Source of the DNA: an uncultured Dictyoglomota bacterium
Lineage (GTDB): Bacteria; Dictyoglomota; Dictyoglomia; Dictyoglomales; Dictyoglomaceae
Direction of reading: 5' to 3'
Assembly (NCBI GenBank): GCA_964654465.1
Contig: CAZZIO010000040.1
Coordinates: 1-64,000, forward strand
DNA: 64,000 bases
The notes under the pieces are model-generated. The model had not been told where the DNA came from and ran no database searches. It worked only from the letters and a program-made list of their open reading frames with translations. The position numbers and the translations under genes were made by a program. This document shows, one piece after another, positions 29,249 through 39,083 of the stretch (its first letter is position 1; every line of letters begins with the position of its first letter).

Positions 29249-30081
29249 TGTTTGAAAGATTTAAATCCCTCCCCTAATACTTCATGAGCCGGTGTTATTA
29301 CAACAAAAGCTTTTGGATCATTTTTATGAATTATTTCTTTTAATCTACCAACCTCTGATTGACTTACTACACAGTATAAAATTTCCCTCTCTCTCCCAGT
29401 GTATAATCCCATACCATAAAAAACTGTAACTCCTCTGCCTAATTCTTTGAGAATTTTTTCTCCAATATCCCTTGGCCTATCTGAGAAAATAAGAGCAGCT
29501 TTAGTATACGATAATCCTTGTTGTACTAAATCTATGGAATATCCTTGAATAAAAATAACAAGAAGAGCATATAAAGCCAAAACAAAATCAAAAATAAAAC
29601 CTGCGGAAATAACTATAATTCCATCTATTATTAACAATGATTGTCCTATATTTAACCCGGTAAAATGAGAAAATACTTGAGCTAAAATATCTGTTCCACC
29701 AGTAGATCCTCCGTATTTAAATACTATACCAAGCCCTAATCCCCCCAATATACCACCATAAACCGTCGCAATTATTGGGTCTTTTATAACAGGTAATTTG
29801 AAAAGATTAAGCAGATCTACAAATAAAGATAGTATAAAAGTTCCGTACAGAGTTTTAAAGCCAAAAGAAGAACCAAGCATCTTAATACCCAATACAAATA
29901 TGGGTATATTTAAAAGAAGCATAGTAATACCAACAGGAGATCTAAAAATATAGTATAGAATGATAGCTATTCCACTAACTCCACCACCCACAAGCTTGTT
30001 AGGAGCTAAAAATACATCTATACTTACAGCTATAAAAAAAGCCCCCAAAGTTATTCCCAATAAATCAATAATTTTTTTCAT
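29245..30081 (-). CDS. YitT-family membrane protein
   Basis: GGVSG, NIP, GGSTGGTD, RGVT, DPKAF. Confidence 0.88.
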   Translation of the reverse strand: MKKIIDLLGITLGAFFIAVSIDVFLAPNKLVGGGVSGIAIILYYIFRSPVGITMLLLNIPIFVLGIKMLGSSFGFKTLYGTFILSLFVDLLNLFKLPVIKDPIIATVYGGILGGLGLGIVFKYGGSTGGTDILAQVFSHFTGLNIGQSLLIIDGIIVISAGFIFDFVLALYALLVIFIQGYSIDLVQQGLSYTKAALIFSDRPRDIGEKILKELGRGVTVFYGMGLYTGREREILYCVVSQSEVGRLKEIIHKNDPKAFVVITPAHEVLGEGFKSFKQ

Positions 30082-30086
30082 ATATT

Positions 30087-30803
30087 CTACCCCTTTGTAT
30101 ATATACGCAAAAACCTCAGAAGTCTTGGAAACCTTACAAAAATTCTTTTAGGCTCTTGTAAAATTCTGTAAAACCATTCTAACCCAAGTTTTCTAAAAAT
30201 CCAAGGAGCTCTTCTTTTTACACCAGAAAGAACATCAAAACTACCTCCAACCCCCATAGCAACTCTTACCTTCAAATCCCTTTTATATTTGCTAATAAAA
30301 AATTCTTGTTTAGGAGCACCTAAAGCCACGAATAAAATCTTTGCTCCAGATTCATTAATCATCTTAATTATTTTTTCCTCTTCTTCATCAGAAAAATAAC
30401 CATTTCTAAATCCTGCTACTAATAAATCTGGATATTTTAACTTTAGATTTTCAACTAATTTCCTAACAACTTCCTCTTTTGCTCCAAGGAAAAATATTGG
30501 AAATCCATATATTTCCGCCCAAGAAAGAATTTTTTCCATAGCCTCAATACCCGGGAACTTTCTAATAAAATATCCCTTTCTTTTAGCGAGAAGAGTTATA
30601 CCAATACCATCTGGAATATTTAAATCAGACTCATATAACACCTTTTTAAACTCAGGATTTTCATTAGCTATTACCAACATTTCTGCATTTGGAGTGAATA
30701 TAGTATTACATTTATTACTCTCCATAAAGGAGAGTATTAATTTTTTAAATTCATCATCTTCTAAAGATGTAAATTTAATCCCTAAAATATCCACATTTAA
30801 CAT
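30087..30803 (-). CDS. tagA: WecB/TagA/CpsF-family glycosyltransferase (ManNAc transferase-like)
   Basis: TPNAE, PDGIG, LGAPKQE, GVGGSFD, RAP, LEW. Confidence 0.88.
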   Translation of the reverse strand: MLNVDILGIKFTSLEDDEFKKLILSFMESNKCNTIFTPNAEMLVIANENPEFKKVLYESDLNIPDGIGITLLAKRKGYFIRKFPGIEAMEKILSWAEIYGFPIFFLGAKEEVVRKLVENLKLKYPDLLVAGFRNGYFSDEEEEKIIKMINESGAKILFVALGAPKQEFFISKYKRDLKVRVAMGVGGSFDVLSGVKRRAPWIFRKLGLEWFYRILQEPKRIFVRFPRLLRFLRIYTKG

Positions 30804-31810
30804 ATTTCTTTCTTAAAATTGTCTAAGTCCTCCTTTATTTTCTCTTTTTGCATAATTTTTACTTTCTTTAAGTATTCCTTATATTGATCATAATTTTTCA
30901 AAATTTCGGCAACATAATCTTTTATTTTATCAGATGAAAGTTCATCAACTACGAATTTCCAGCCAATATCTTCACAAAAACCTTTAACCTTCTCATCATA
31001 AGAAATTGCAATGAAAGGAATTTCAAAAAGTACAGATAGGATATGACTATGAAGTCTCATGCCAATAAAAATTATATTCATAGGAAAAAACTCTTCAATA
31101 TTATCATCCGTTAGCTCTACAAATTTAATTTTTGATTTTATATGGTTGCCTAATTCGTCAAAAAGATGTTTGTCTTCAGTATGTAAAGCATAAAATACCA
31201 TCTCTTTTTCCATTAATCCTTCTAAATTAGTAAGTAGGGAGTATATATCATTTAAACTATAATCTTTCCATCTTCTCAAATTAACCCCTATATATTTTCT
31301 CTCTAACTTTTTATAATTAAAGTCTAATAAAAAGACTAAATCTGTTGATAATTTAATCTTTTCTTCCAGGACATTTATCTTTTTCAAATAATTATAAGAA
31401 AAAGAATCTCTTACATATACTTTGTTACACTGAGTTAATATATAACCTAATAGCTTTTCTTCAATTCTATTTCTTAAAGGAGAAAAGCTTTGACCCAAAA
31501 GATATATCTTTTTATTAAAAAGTAAAGCAAAGAAAATTATAGATAAATAATAAAAAAAAGATTTTAAGCTTGTTTTGTCTTGAAAAAGACCTCCCCCTCC
31601 TGCAACAACAACTTCTGCCCATTTTAAAGCTTTGTATACTTGAAAAGGTGAAAATTTATTAAAAACCTTATAATTTGAATTTTTGTCTTTTTTCTTTGAT
31701 AAAACACCTACTTCAAAATTCGTACTCAAAGAGAATAATAAGCTCTTTAAAAGAAGCTCATCACCAAGATTCCCCTCCCCATAGTATCCAAAAAGAAGCA
31801 CTCTTTTCAT
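30797..31810 (-). CDS. csaB: Polysaccharide pyruvyl transferase CsaB-like
   Basis: [36 protein letters not shown]. Confidence 0.88.
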   Translation of the reverse strand: MKRVLLFGYYGEGNLGDELLLKSLLFSLSTNFEVGVLSKKKDKNSNYKVFNKFSPFQVYKALKWAEVVVAGGGGLFQDKTSLKSFFYYLSIIFFALLFNKKIYLLGQSFSPLRNRIEEKLLGYILTQCNKVYVRDSFSYNYLKKINVLEEKIKLSTDLVFLLDFNYKKLERKYIGVNLRRWKDYSLNDIYSLLTNLEGLMEKEMVFYALHTEDKHLFDELGNHIKSKIKFVELTDDNIEEFFPMNIIFIGMRLHSHILSVLFEIPFIAISYDEKVKGFCEDIGWKFVVDELSSDKIKDYVAEILKNYDQYKEYLKKVKIMQKEKIKEDLDNFKKEIC

Positions 31811-32917
31811 TTATCTTTTTTCCTTTGCCATTCACTAAATAAATATGCTTCTATGAAAGGATCTAAATCACCATCAATAACCGCTTGTACATTACCCACT
31901 TCTAAACCTGTTCTATGATCCTTTACTAATGTATATGGATGAAATACATAAGATCTGATTTGATTCCCCCAACTTATCTCTTGTACTTCTCCTTTTAAAG
32001 ATGCTATTTGTTCTCTTCTTTTCCTTTCTTCCAATTCCTCAAGACGAGCTCTCAAAACCCTTAAAGCCATCTCTTTATTAGCATGCTGTGACCTCTCGTT
32101 TTGACATTGAACTACTATACCAGTTGGAATATGGGTTATTCTAACAGCTGATTCAACTTTATTTACATGTTGTCCCCCTGCTCCTCCTGCCCTAAAAGTT
32201 TCTATTCTTAAATCTTCAGGTCTTATAACAATATTACTTTCAGGAATTTCAGGAATAACCTCTACTAAAGCAAATGATGTATGTCTTCTATGATTAGCAT
32301 CAAAAGGGGAAATCCTTACAAGTCTATGAACCCCTTTCTCCCCCTTAAGATATCCATAAGCTCTCTCACCTTCTATTAACAAAGTAGCACTTTTTATTCC
32401 AGCTTCTTCTCCTGGAGATATATCTAATATTTTTACGTTAAAGCCTTTTCTTTCTGCCCATCTTATATACATTCTTAAAAGAATTTCAGTCCAATCTTGA
32501 GCATCAGTACCTCCTGTCCCTGCATGTAAAGAAAGAATAGCATTAGCATTATCATGTGGTTCTTTTAGGATTAAATTAATCTCAAAGTTTTTAAGTTTTT
32601 CTCCAATTTCCTTTAATTTCCTTTCAAACTCCTCTCTAAATTCATCTCCCTCTTCAATAAGATCTTTCCATTCTTTCAATTCAATAATTTCTTTCTCTAT
32701 TGAAAGCCAATCATTTAACTCCTTTTGCAAGTTGTTATATTCACTTAAAAGGGCTTTATTTTTCTCCGGATCATCCCAGCTACTCTTGGCAATTTTATTT
32801 TCTAAATCCTTTAATCTTGACTTTATCCTATCTAAGTCAAAGATAACCACCCAATTTATTGAAAGTCTCTAGTATTTCTTCATATGATATTAACAAATCC
32901 GCTACAGAAACTCCCAA
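31807..32917 (-). CDS. prfB: Peptide chain release factor 2, programmed +1 frameshift
   Basis: TTG start 32917 after AGGAGGAG; 26 codons to CTT-TGA-C (32842-32836); the +1 frame carries SPF and GGQ. Confidence 0.95.
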
Positions 32918-32918
32918 A

Positions 32919-35276
32919 TCAACTCCTCCTTCCACGATTTGCTGTTTTTGTTTCTTCAGTAACACGGATATTAAATAAGTATCTTATACTTTCCCAATCA
33001 AAAGTATTTACCATATCTTGGAACATTTGATAAGCCTCTTTTTTATATTCTACTAAAGGATCATGATGAGCAATAGCTCTCAAACCAATACCTTCCCTCA
33101 AAACTTCCATATCATTAAGATGCTCTATCCAGAGTTTATCAATTACATATAAAAGTACTATTCTCTCAATTTCTTTCCAGGTATCTTCTCCAAATTTCAT
33201 CTTTCTCTCTTCATATTTTTCTTTAATTACCTTTTCTAATTTCTCTTTAATAGTCTCAAAATTATCTCCAGCTATAATCTCTTCCCAATTTGATGGTAAA
33301 AATCCGAATACCTCAAGAAACATATTTTTCCAGCTTTCCATTTCCTGAGAAGACATCTGATTAAAGAATCTTTCTAATACTCTATCTAAAATCTTCTGTA
33401 CTATTTCTTCCAAATTATCCATCGTTAATATTTTTCTTCTTTCAGAGTAAACTACTTCTCTTTGTTTATTAAGCACATCATCATACTCTAAAAGTTGTTT
33501 TCTTATTTCAAAATTTAACTTTTCCACCTTAGCTTGGCTATTTTCTATTAATCTCGTAAGTAAAGGAGATTCAATAGGTTGCCCTTTTTCCATTCCCAAT
33601 CTATCCATTAAAGCTTTTATCTGATCTCCTCCAAAAAGTCTTAAAAGATCATCTTCCAATGAAACGTAAAACCTCGAAGAACCGGGATCTCCCTGTCTAC
33701 CTGCACGTCCTCTTAACTGATTATCAATTCTTCTACTTTCATGTCTTTCTGTTCCTATAACATGAAGACCTCCAAGCTCAGCCACTCCTTCCCCTAAAAC
33801 AATATCTGTCCCTCTTCCTGCCATATTTGTAGCAATAGTTACAGCATATTTCTGGCCTGCTTTAGCAATAATTTCAGCTTCCTTTTCGTGGTATTTTGCG
33901 TTTAATACATTGTGGGGAATCCCCTTCTTTTTAAGCATTTTACTTAATCTTTCTGACTTCTCTATAGATGTCGTACCTACAAGCACAGGCCTTCCAATTT
34001 TGTATAACTTTTCAATTTCCTTTACCACAGCCTCAAATTTTTCTTCTTCTGTTTTAAAAACAAGATCAGGATAATTGGTTCTCCTTAAAGGTTTATTCGG
34101 AGGTATAACAACTACCTCTAATCCGTAAATCTTAACAAATTCTTCTTCCTCAGTAGCTGCAGTTCCCGTCATACCAGCTATCTTCTTATACATTCTAAAA
34201 TAATTTTGTATAGAGATAGTTGCTAAAGTAACATTTTCTTCCCTTATTCTTACACCTTCTTTTGCCTCAATAGCTTGATGCAATCCATCACTATATCTTC
34301 TTCCAAACATTAATCTTCCTGTAAATTCGTCAACAATTATCACTTCTCCGTCTTTAACTATATAATCCCTATCTCTATGATAAAAATTAAGAGCCTTTAA
34401 ACACTGAAGAAGAGCATGAGCTAAATCCATATTTTGAAAATCATATAGGTCCTTTACACCTAAAAATTTTTCTGCCTTTCTCAAACCTTCTTCTGTTAAA
34501 GATACTGTTCTTGTTTTCTCATCAGTAGTATAATCTTCATCCTTCTTCAAATATCTTGCAGTTCTAATCGCAAGCTTATATATCCGACTATCTCCCTTAG
34601 CTGGACCTGAAATAATAAGAGGAGTTCTTGCCTCATCTATTAGAATACTATCTACTTCATCAATAATCGCATAGTTTAATTCTCTTTGAACTAAATGATC
34701 AGCTGATAATGCTATATTATCCCTTAAATAATCAAATCCAAACTCATTATTAGTACCATATGTAATATCTGCCAAATAAGCTTTTTTCCTTTCTAAAATT
34801 GGAGTATTATTTTGTAAAAGACCAACTTCCAAACCTAAAAACTCATAAATTGGTCCCATCCAATATCTATCCCTTTTAGCCAAATAATCATTAACTGTTA
34901 CTATATGTACTCCTTTTCCCTCTAAGGCGTTCAAATAGGCAGGAAGAGTTGCTACCAGAGTTTTACCCTCTCCCGTTTGCATTTCAGCTATTTTTCCTTG
35001 ATGTAGAACAATACCACCCATTAGTTGTACATCAAAGTGTCTCATCCCAAGAGTTCTTTTTGCTACCTCTCTTACTACTGCAAAGGATTCTACTAATAAA
35101 TCATCAAGGGTAGCACCCCTTTCTAATCTCTGTTTAAACTCTGATGTTTTTCTTTTTAGTTCATCGTCAGATAATTTACTTATCTCAGGTTCTAAAGCGT
35201 TAATTTTCTTTACGTATTCTTCTAATCTTTTTAAAGTTCTTGAATTGGAATCAAATAATTTAGATAGTAATCCCAT
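32919..35276 (-). CDS. secA: Preprotein translocase ATPase SecA
   Basis: [45 protein letters not shown]; no C-terminal Zn-binding tail. Confidence 0.97.
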   Translation of the reverse strand: MGLLSKLFDSNSRTLKRLEEYVKKINALEPEISKLSDDELKRKTSEFKQRLERGATLDDLLVESFAVVREVAKRTLGMRHFDVQLMGGIVLHQGKIAEMQTGEGKTLVATLPAYLNALEGKGVHIVTVNDYLAKRDRYWMGPIYEFLGLEVGLLQNNTPILERKKAYLADITYGTNNEFGFDYLRDNIALSADHLVQRELNYAIIDEVDSILIDEARTPLIISGPAKGDSRIYKLAIRTARYLKKDEDYTTDEKTRTVSLTEEGLRKAEKFLGVKDLYDFQNMDLAHALLQCLKALNFYHRDRDYIVKDGEVIIVDEFTGRLMFGRRYSDGLHQAIEAKEGVRIREENVTLATISIQNYFRMYKKIAGMTGTAATEEEEFVKIYGLEVVVIPPNKPLRRTNYPDLVFKTEEEKFEAVVKEIEKLYKIGRPVLVGTTSIEKSERLSKMLKKKGIPHNVLNAKYHEKEAEIIAKAGQKYAVTIATNMAGRGTDIVLGEGVAELGGLHVIGTERHESRRIDNQLRGRAGRQGDPGSSRFYVSLEDDLLRLFGGDQIKALMDRLGMEKGQPIESPLLTRLIENSQAKVEKLNFEIRKQLLEYDDVLNKQREVVYSERRKILTMDNLEEIVQKILDRVLERFFNQMSSQEMESWKNMFLEVFGFLPSNWEEIIAGDNFETIKEKLEKVIKEKYEERKMKFGEDTWKEIERIVLLYVIDKLWIEHLNDMEVLREGIGLRAIAHHDPLVEYKKEAYQMFQDMVNTFDWESIRYLFNIRVTEETKTANRGRRS

Positions 35277-35285
35277 ATTATTTAC

Positions 35286-35828
35286 TTATTCTCCTTCGTC
35301 CGTAATAATTAATCCATAATTTCCATCTTTTCTTCTATATAAAATAGAAGTTTTATAAGTATCTGCATCTATGAAAACAAAGAAATCATGACCTAAAAGT
35401 TCCATTTGCAATATGGCTTCTTCTATATCCATAGGTTTCAATGAAAATCTTTTAACTTTAACAACCTTTTTCTCTCCTTCATCTTCCTCTTTTGTAAACA
35501 TTTCAGTCAAAGAAGGAGCCCTCTTTTCTCTGTCTATCATTTTTTCTTTATATTTTTTAAGTTGTTTTTCCAATTTATCAATTACCAAATCTATACTACT
35601 TCTAAAATCTTGATTGGCCTCTGATGCTCTTATTATCTTTCCATTTGCCCTAATAGTAACTTCTACTCTATGAGCTCGACTACCATCTTTCCAATCTTCT
35701 TCCGAAAAGATAACCTCTATATTTTCAATATTATCAAAAAAGCGAGATAGTTTTGAAAGTTTTTTCTCAGCATATTCTTGCAAATTAGGAGAAATAGACA
35801 CATTTTTACTTGAAAAGTTAATCTGCAT
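35286..35828 (-). CDS. hpf: Long-form ribosome hibernation promoting factor
   Basis: S30AE domain plus C-terminal KPMDIEEAILQMELLGHDFFVF...YRRKDGNYGLI. Confidence 0.93.
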   Translation of the reverse strand: MQINFSSKNVSISPNLQEYAEKKLSKLSRFFDNIENIEVIFSEEDWKDGSRAHRVEVTIRANGKIIRASEANQDFRSSIDLVIDKLEKQLKKYKEKMIDREKRAPSLTEMFTKEEDEGEKKVVKVKRFSLKPMDIEEAILQMELLGHDFFVFIDADTYKTSILYRRKDGNYGLIITDEGE

Positions 35829-35849
35829 AATCCAACCTCCTTGAAAATT

Positions 35850-36551
35850 TTATAAAAGAGCTCTTACAGCTACAAATACATAAATCTTATCCAAAATTTT
35901 TATATTGTTTTTTAAGGTATAAGCACACTCCTTTATTGTAGATCCAGTAGTATAGACGTCATCTACAATCAAAATATTTCTATAATGCAAATATTTTACC
36001 TCTTCTACTAAACCAAATGCTCCTTTAACATTTTCCTTCCTTTCCTTTAAACTAAGTGTTTTTTGTGGTTTTACCTCCTTATTTAATGACAAAAGAGAAC
36101 CATATGGTTTTTTAAGACTTTTACTTAAAAAATACGCTAAATATTCTGATTGGTTATAACCCCTCTCCACAAGTCTTTTATTACTCAATGGTACATAGGT
36201 GAGAAAATCAATGTCCCATTTCTTACTTAAGATTTTATCCTTAGCAAGATCTGCTATAAATTTAGCCACATTAGGTTTATTTCTAAATTTGAGGTTCTTA
36301 ATTACTGTTTCCCACATATCATCATAATATCCTAAAAATTCAAATCCGCTCCATATAGGGCTCTCTTTAGTACAATTATAACAGATTTCTGAAATACCTG
36401 TAAGAGGTCTTCCGCAAAACCTACAATATTTATTAGGAATTTTGAATTTACTAAAACATTCTGGACAAACATAACCTAATCCATATCTACCACAAAAAAT
36501 ACATCTTGAGGGAAATATTATATCTAAAATAAAGTCTAAATAATGTCTCAT
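35850..36551 (-). CDS. comF: ComF-family amidophosphoribosyltransferase-like protein
   Basis: N-terminal CxxC pairs, RGYNQ, IVDDVYTTGST; comF-hpf-secA synteny. Confidence 0.88.
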   Translation of the reverse strand: MRHYLDFILDIIFPSRCIFCGRYGLGYVCPECFSKFKIPNKYCRFCGRPLTGISEICYNCTKESPIWSGFEFLGYYDDMWETVIKNLKFRNKPNVAKFIADLAKDKILSKKWDIDFLTYVPLSNKRLVERGYNQSEYLAYFLSKSLKKPYGSLLSLNKEVKPQKTLSLKERKENVKGAFGLVEEVKYLHYRNILIVDDVYTTGSTIKECAYTLKNNIKILDKIYVFVAVRALL

Positions 36552-37702
36552 GAATGGTATGGATTAAATTCTTCTGGAAGAGAGGAGCTAAATCCGAAAT
36601 AATAAAGAAGAATATCTCTTATTCTTTCACTTGCCTTTCCGTCACCATAAGGATTTAGAGCTCTTGCCATTTTATTATACTCGTCTTCATCAATTAATAA
36701 TTTACTTACCTCTTCCACTATTCTTTTTCTCTCAGTTCCTATTATCTTCACTGTACCTGCCTCAACTGCCTCAGGTCTCTCAGTAACCTCCCTTAAAACT
36801 AATACAGGTTTTCCTAAGGATGGAGCCTCCTCTTGAAGACCCCCCGAATCTGTAAGAACTAAGTTGCAATTTGCTATTAGATATACCATTGTTACATAAT
36901 CAACAGGAGATATAAGAATAGCTCTCCTCTCATTACCTAATATGGAATTTACAGTTTCTCTTATAATAGGATTTGGGTGTACAGGATAAACTATGTAAAG
37001 ATCTTCAAATTCACTCAAGATTTCTTTTAATGCTAAGGCAACGTTTTCCAAAGGTTTTCCCCAGTTTTCTCTTCTATGAGAAGTAACTAAAATATATTTC
37101 CCTTTGGGAACTTCTTCAGGAAGTTTAACCTCAAATTTTTCAAGGTTGTTATATACAAATAAAAGAGCATCAATCACTGTATTACCAGTTACAAAAATAT
37201 TGTTAGATGGTACATTTTCTTTTAATAAATTTTCTTTTGCTTTCTTTGTTGGAGCAAAATGTAAATCAGAAAGTACACCTGTAAGATGTCTATTCATCTC
37301 CTCAGGATACGGTTGATATTTATCATAAGTTCTTAAACCAGATTCTACATGTCCAATGGATATCTTCTTATAAAAAGCAGCTAAACTGGCTGCAAAGGTT
37401 GTAGTCGTATCTCCATGTACCAATACCATATCAGGAGAATCTTTTTGCCATATTACATCTAATCCCTCAAGTACCTTTACGGTTATTTGAGTAAGGGTTT
37501 GTTTTTCCTGCATTATATTTAAATCGTAATCAGAATTTAATTTAAAGATTTCCATAACTTGATCTAATAGCTCTCTGTGTTGTGCAGTAAGGATAATCTG
37601 AAGTTCAAAAAACTCAACATTCCTTAAGGCATATGCTACAGGAGCCATTTTTATAGCTTCTGGTCTTGTACCAAATACTAATGCAATACGCTTTTTATCC
37701 AT
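36548..37702 (-). CDS. wecB: UDP-N-acetylglucosamine 2-epimerase (non-hydrolysing)
   Basis: GTRPEAIKMAP, HGDT, PEEMNR, HRREN, TDSGGLQEE. Confidence 0.95.
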   Translation of the reverse strand: MDKKRIALVFGTRPEAIKMAPVAYALRNVEFFELQIILTAQHRELLDQVMEIFKLNSDYDLNIMQEKQTLTQITVKVLEGLDVIWQKDSPDMVLVHGDTTTTFAASLAAFYKKISIGHVESGLRTYDKYQPYPEEMNRHLTGVLSDLHFAPTKKAKENLLKENVPSNNIFVTGNTVIDALLFVYNNLEKFEVKLPEEVPKGKYILVTSHRRENWGKPLENVALALKEILSEFEDLYIVYPVHPNPIIRETVNSILGNERRAILISPVDYVTMVYLIANCNLVLTDSGGLQEEAPSLGKPVLVLREVTERPEAVEAGTVKIIGTERKRIVEEVSKLLIDEDEYNKMARALNPYGDGKASERIRDILLYYFGFSSSLPEEFNPYHS

Positions 37703-38594
37703 TAGTTTTCTCCATGTTGTATTTTTTATAATATCCTATTATTTTATAAATAAGTCTCGCTGCTATATAATCTGCATAGTTAAGCCCAGGAATAGGAGAA
37801 AATTCTACGAAATCTACTCCTATTACTTTTTTATTTTTAAATATTTCCCTTAAAATACTCAGCACTTCATACCAAGATAATCCACCAGGCTCAGGTGTAC
37901 CTGTAGCTGGCATTTCAGAAGGATTAAACACATCAAAATCAAAGGTAATATAAACATTTTCATTTTCAATGCTCGTTAATATATCTTCAATCACCATATT
38001 AAAATCCTTTGTATGAATTTTAAAATCCCAAAAAACCTTAATATTTGCTTTCTTTTTAATATATTCTCTTTCTCCTTCACTTAAACTTCTTATACCTACC
38101 TGAACAATATTAAGCCTCTCTGAAGCTTCTCTCAGTGCACACGCATGACTATCTTCAGTACCTTCATACTCTTCCCTAAGATCTGAATGTGCGTCGAAAT
38201 GAAGAACAGAAAAATTATAACCCATACTTAGATAAGCTCTTAAAATTCCTTTTGTTATCGTATGTTCACCACCTAAAAATATGGGAAATTTATTCTTTTC
38301 AAGAATATCTTTTACTATTATCTCAATATTTAACAAACTCTTCTTTAAGTCTCCTAAAGGAAGAAAAAAATCAGGAAAAGTAAAGATACCTATTTTAGCA
38401 GGTATATCGTCAATCTCTTCATCATATAATTCAATATTGTAGGAAGCTAACAAAATGGACAGGGGACCCTCACGGGTCCCCTTTTTATATGTGGTTGTAA
38501 CTTCCAAAGGAAAAGGAACAATAACAACTCTTGAATTTTCGATAGTAAAAGACGAAAGTCCACCAAAGGAAGGAAGGGGTCTATACTGATCCAT
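37695..38594 (-). CDS. speB: Agmatinase / ureohydrolase
   Basis: GGEH, DAHSD, DFDV..P, GTPEPGG. Confidence 0.9.
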   Translation of the reverse strand: MDQYRPLPSFGGLSSFTIENSRVVIVPFPLEVTTTYKKGTREGPLSILLASYNIELYDEEIDDIPAKIGIFTFPDFFLPLGDLKKSLLNIEIIVKDILEKNKFPIFLGGEHTITKGILRAYLSMGYNFSVLHFDAHSDLREEYEGTEDSHACALREASERLNIVQVGIRSLSEGEREYIKKKANIKVFWDFKIHTKDFNMVIEDILTSIENENVYITFDFDVFNPSEMPATGTPEPGGLSWYEVLSILREIFKNKKVIGVDFVEFSPIPGLNYADYIAARLIYKIIGYYKKYNMEKTNG

Positions 38595-38982
38595 TTTTTC
38601 CTCTTTTTAAGAGATTGACCGGAAAATCTCTGCCTCTTACCAATATTTCCCAATCAGATCTTTCAGGTAAAAGTTTTTCTTCAAGTATTTCTTTAGCCTT
38701 ATCAATATTGAAGGTTTTGCACGAAAAGATATCAACACTCGCATAGTTTAAATCTGGCCATGTATGTATTGCAATGTGGCTTTCTGCAATAAGCACCACT
38801 CCTGAGATACCCCAATCTAAAGGATCATCCTCGGGTACATATCTCATTACATATGGTGGCATAATCTTTTGCATGCCTATCATATCAGGCAGTTCATCTA
38901 AAAGATCATAGATATATTGTACATCTTCCAACTTTTCCTTAGGACACCCATATAAGTCTAAAACTAAATGCGGTCCTAACAT
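38581..38982 (-). CDS. speD: Pyruvoyl-dependent SpeD-family decarboxylase proenzyme (substrate uncertain)
   Basis: ESH self-cleavage site (LIAESHIAIHTWP), DIFSC. Confidence 0.8.
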   Translation of the reverse strand: MLGPHLVLDLYGCPKEKLEDVQYIYDLLDELPDMIGMQKIMPPYVMRYVPEDDPLDWGISGVVLIAESHIAIHTWPDLNYASVDIFSCKTFNIDKAKEILEEKLLPERSDWEILVRGRDFPVNLLKRGKNGSV

Positions 38983-39027
38983 CTCCTCTTCCTTTTACCC
39001 CTTTCCTCAAAATTTTGTTCAACGCTA

Positions 39028-39056
39028 AATATAATACAATCAACCCCCTATGTCAA
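39028..39056 (-). promoter_or_regulatory. Sigma70-type promoter upstream of speD
   Basis: TTGACA (39056-39051), 17 bp, TATATT (39033-39028). Confidence 0.75.
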
Positions 39057-39083
39057 TAATTTTTGAAAATTTTTTTGTGAAAA

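Noticed and set aside
31807-32917. prfB as a pseudogene or sequencing error
   Set aside because: The break is the canonical CTT-TGA-C programmed frameshift
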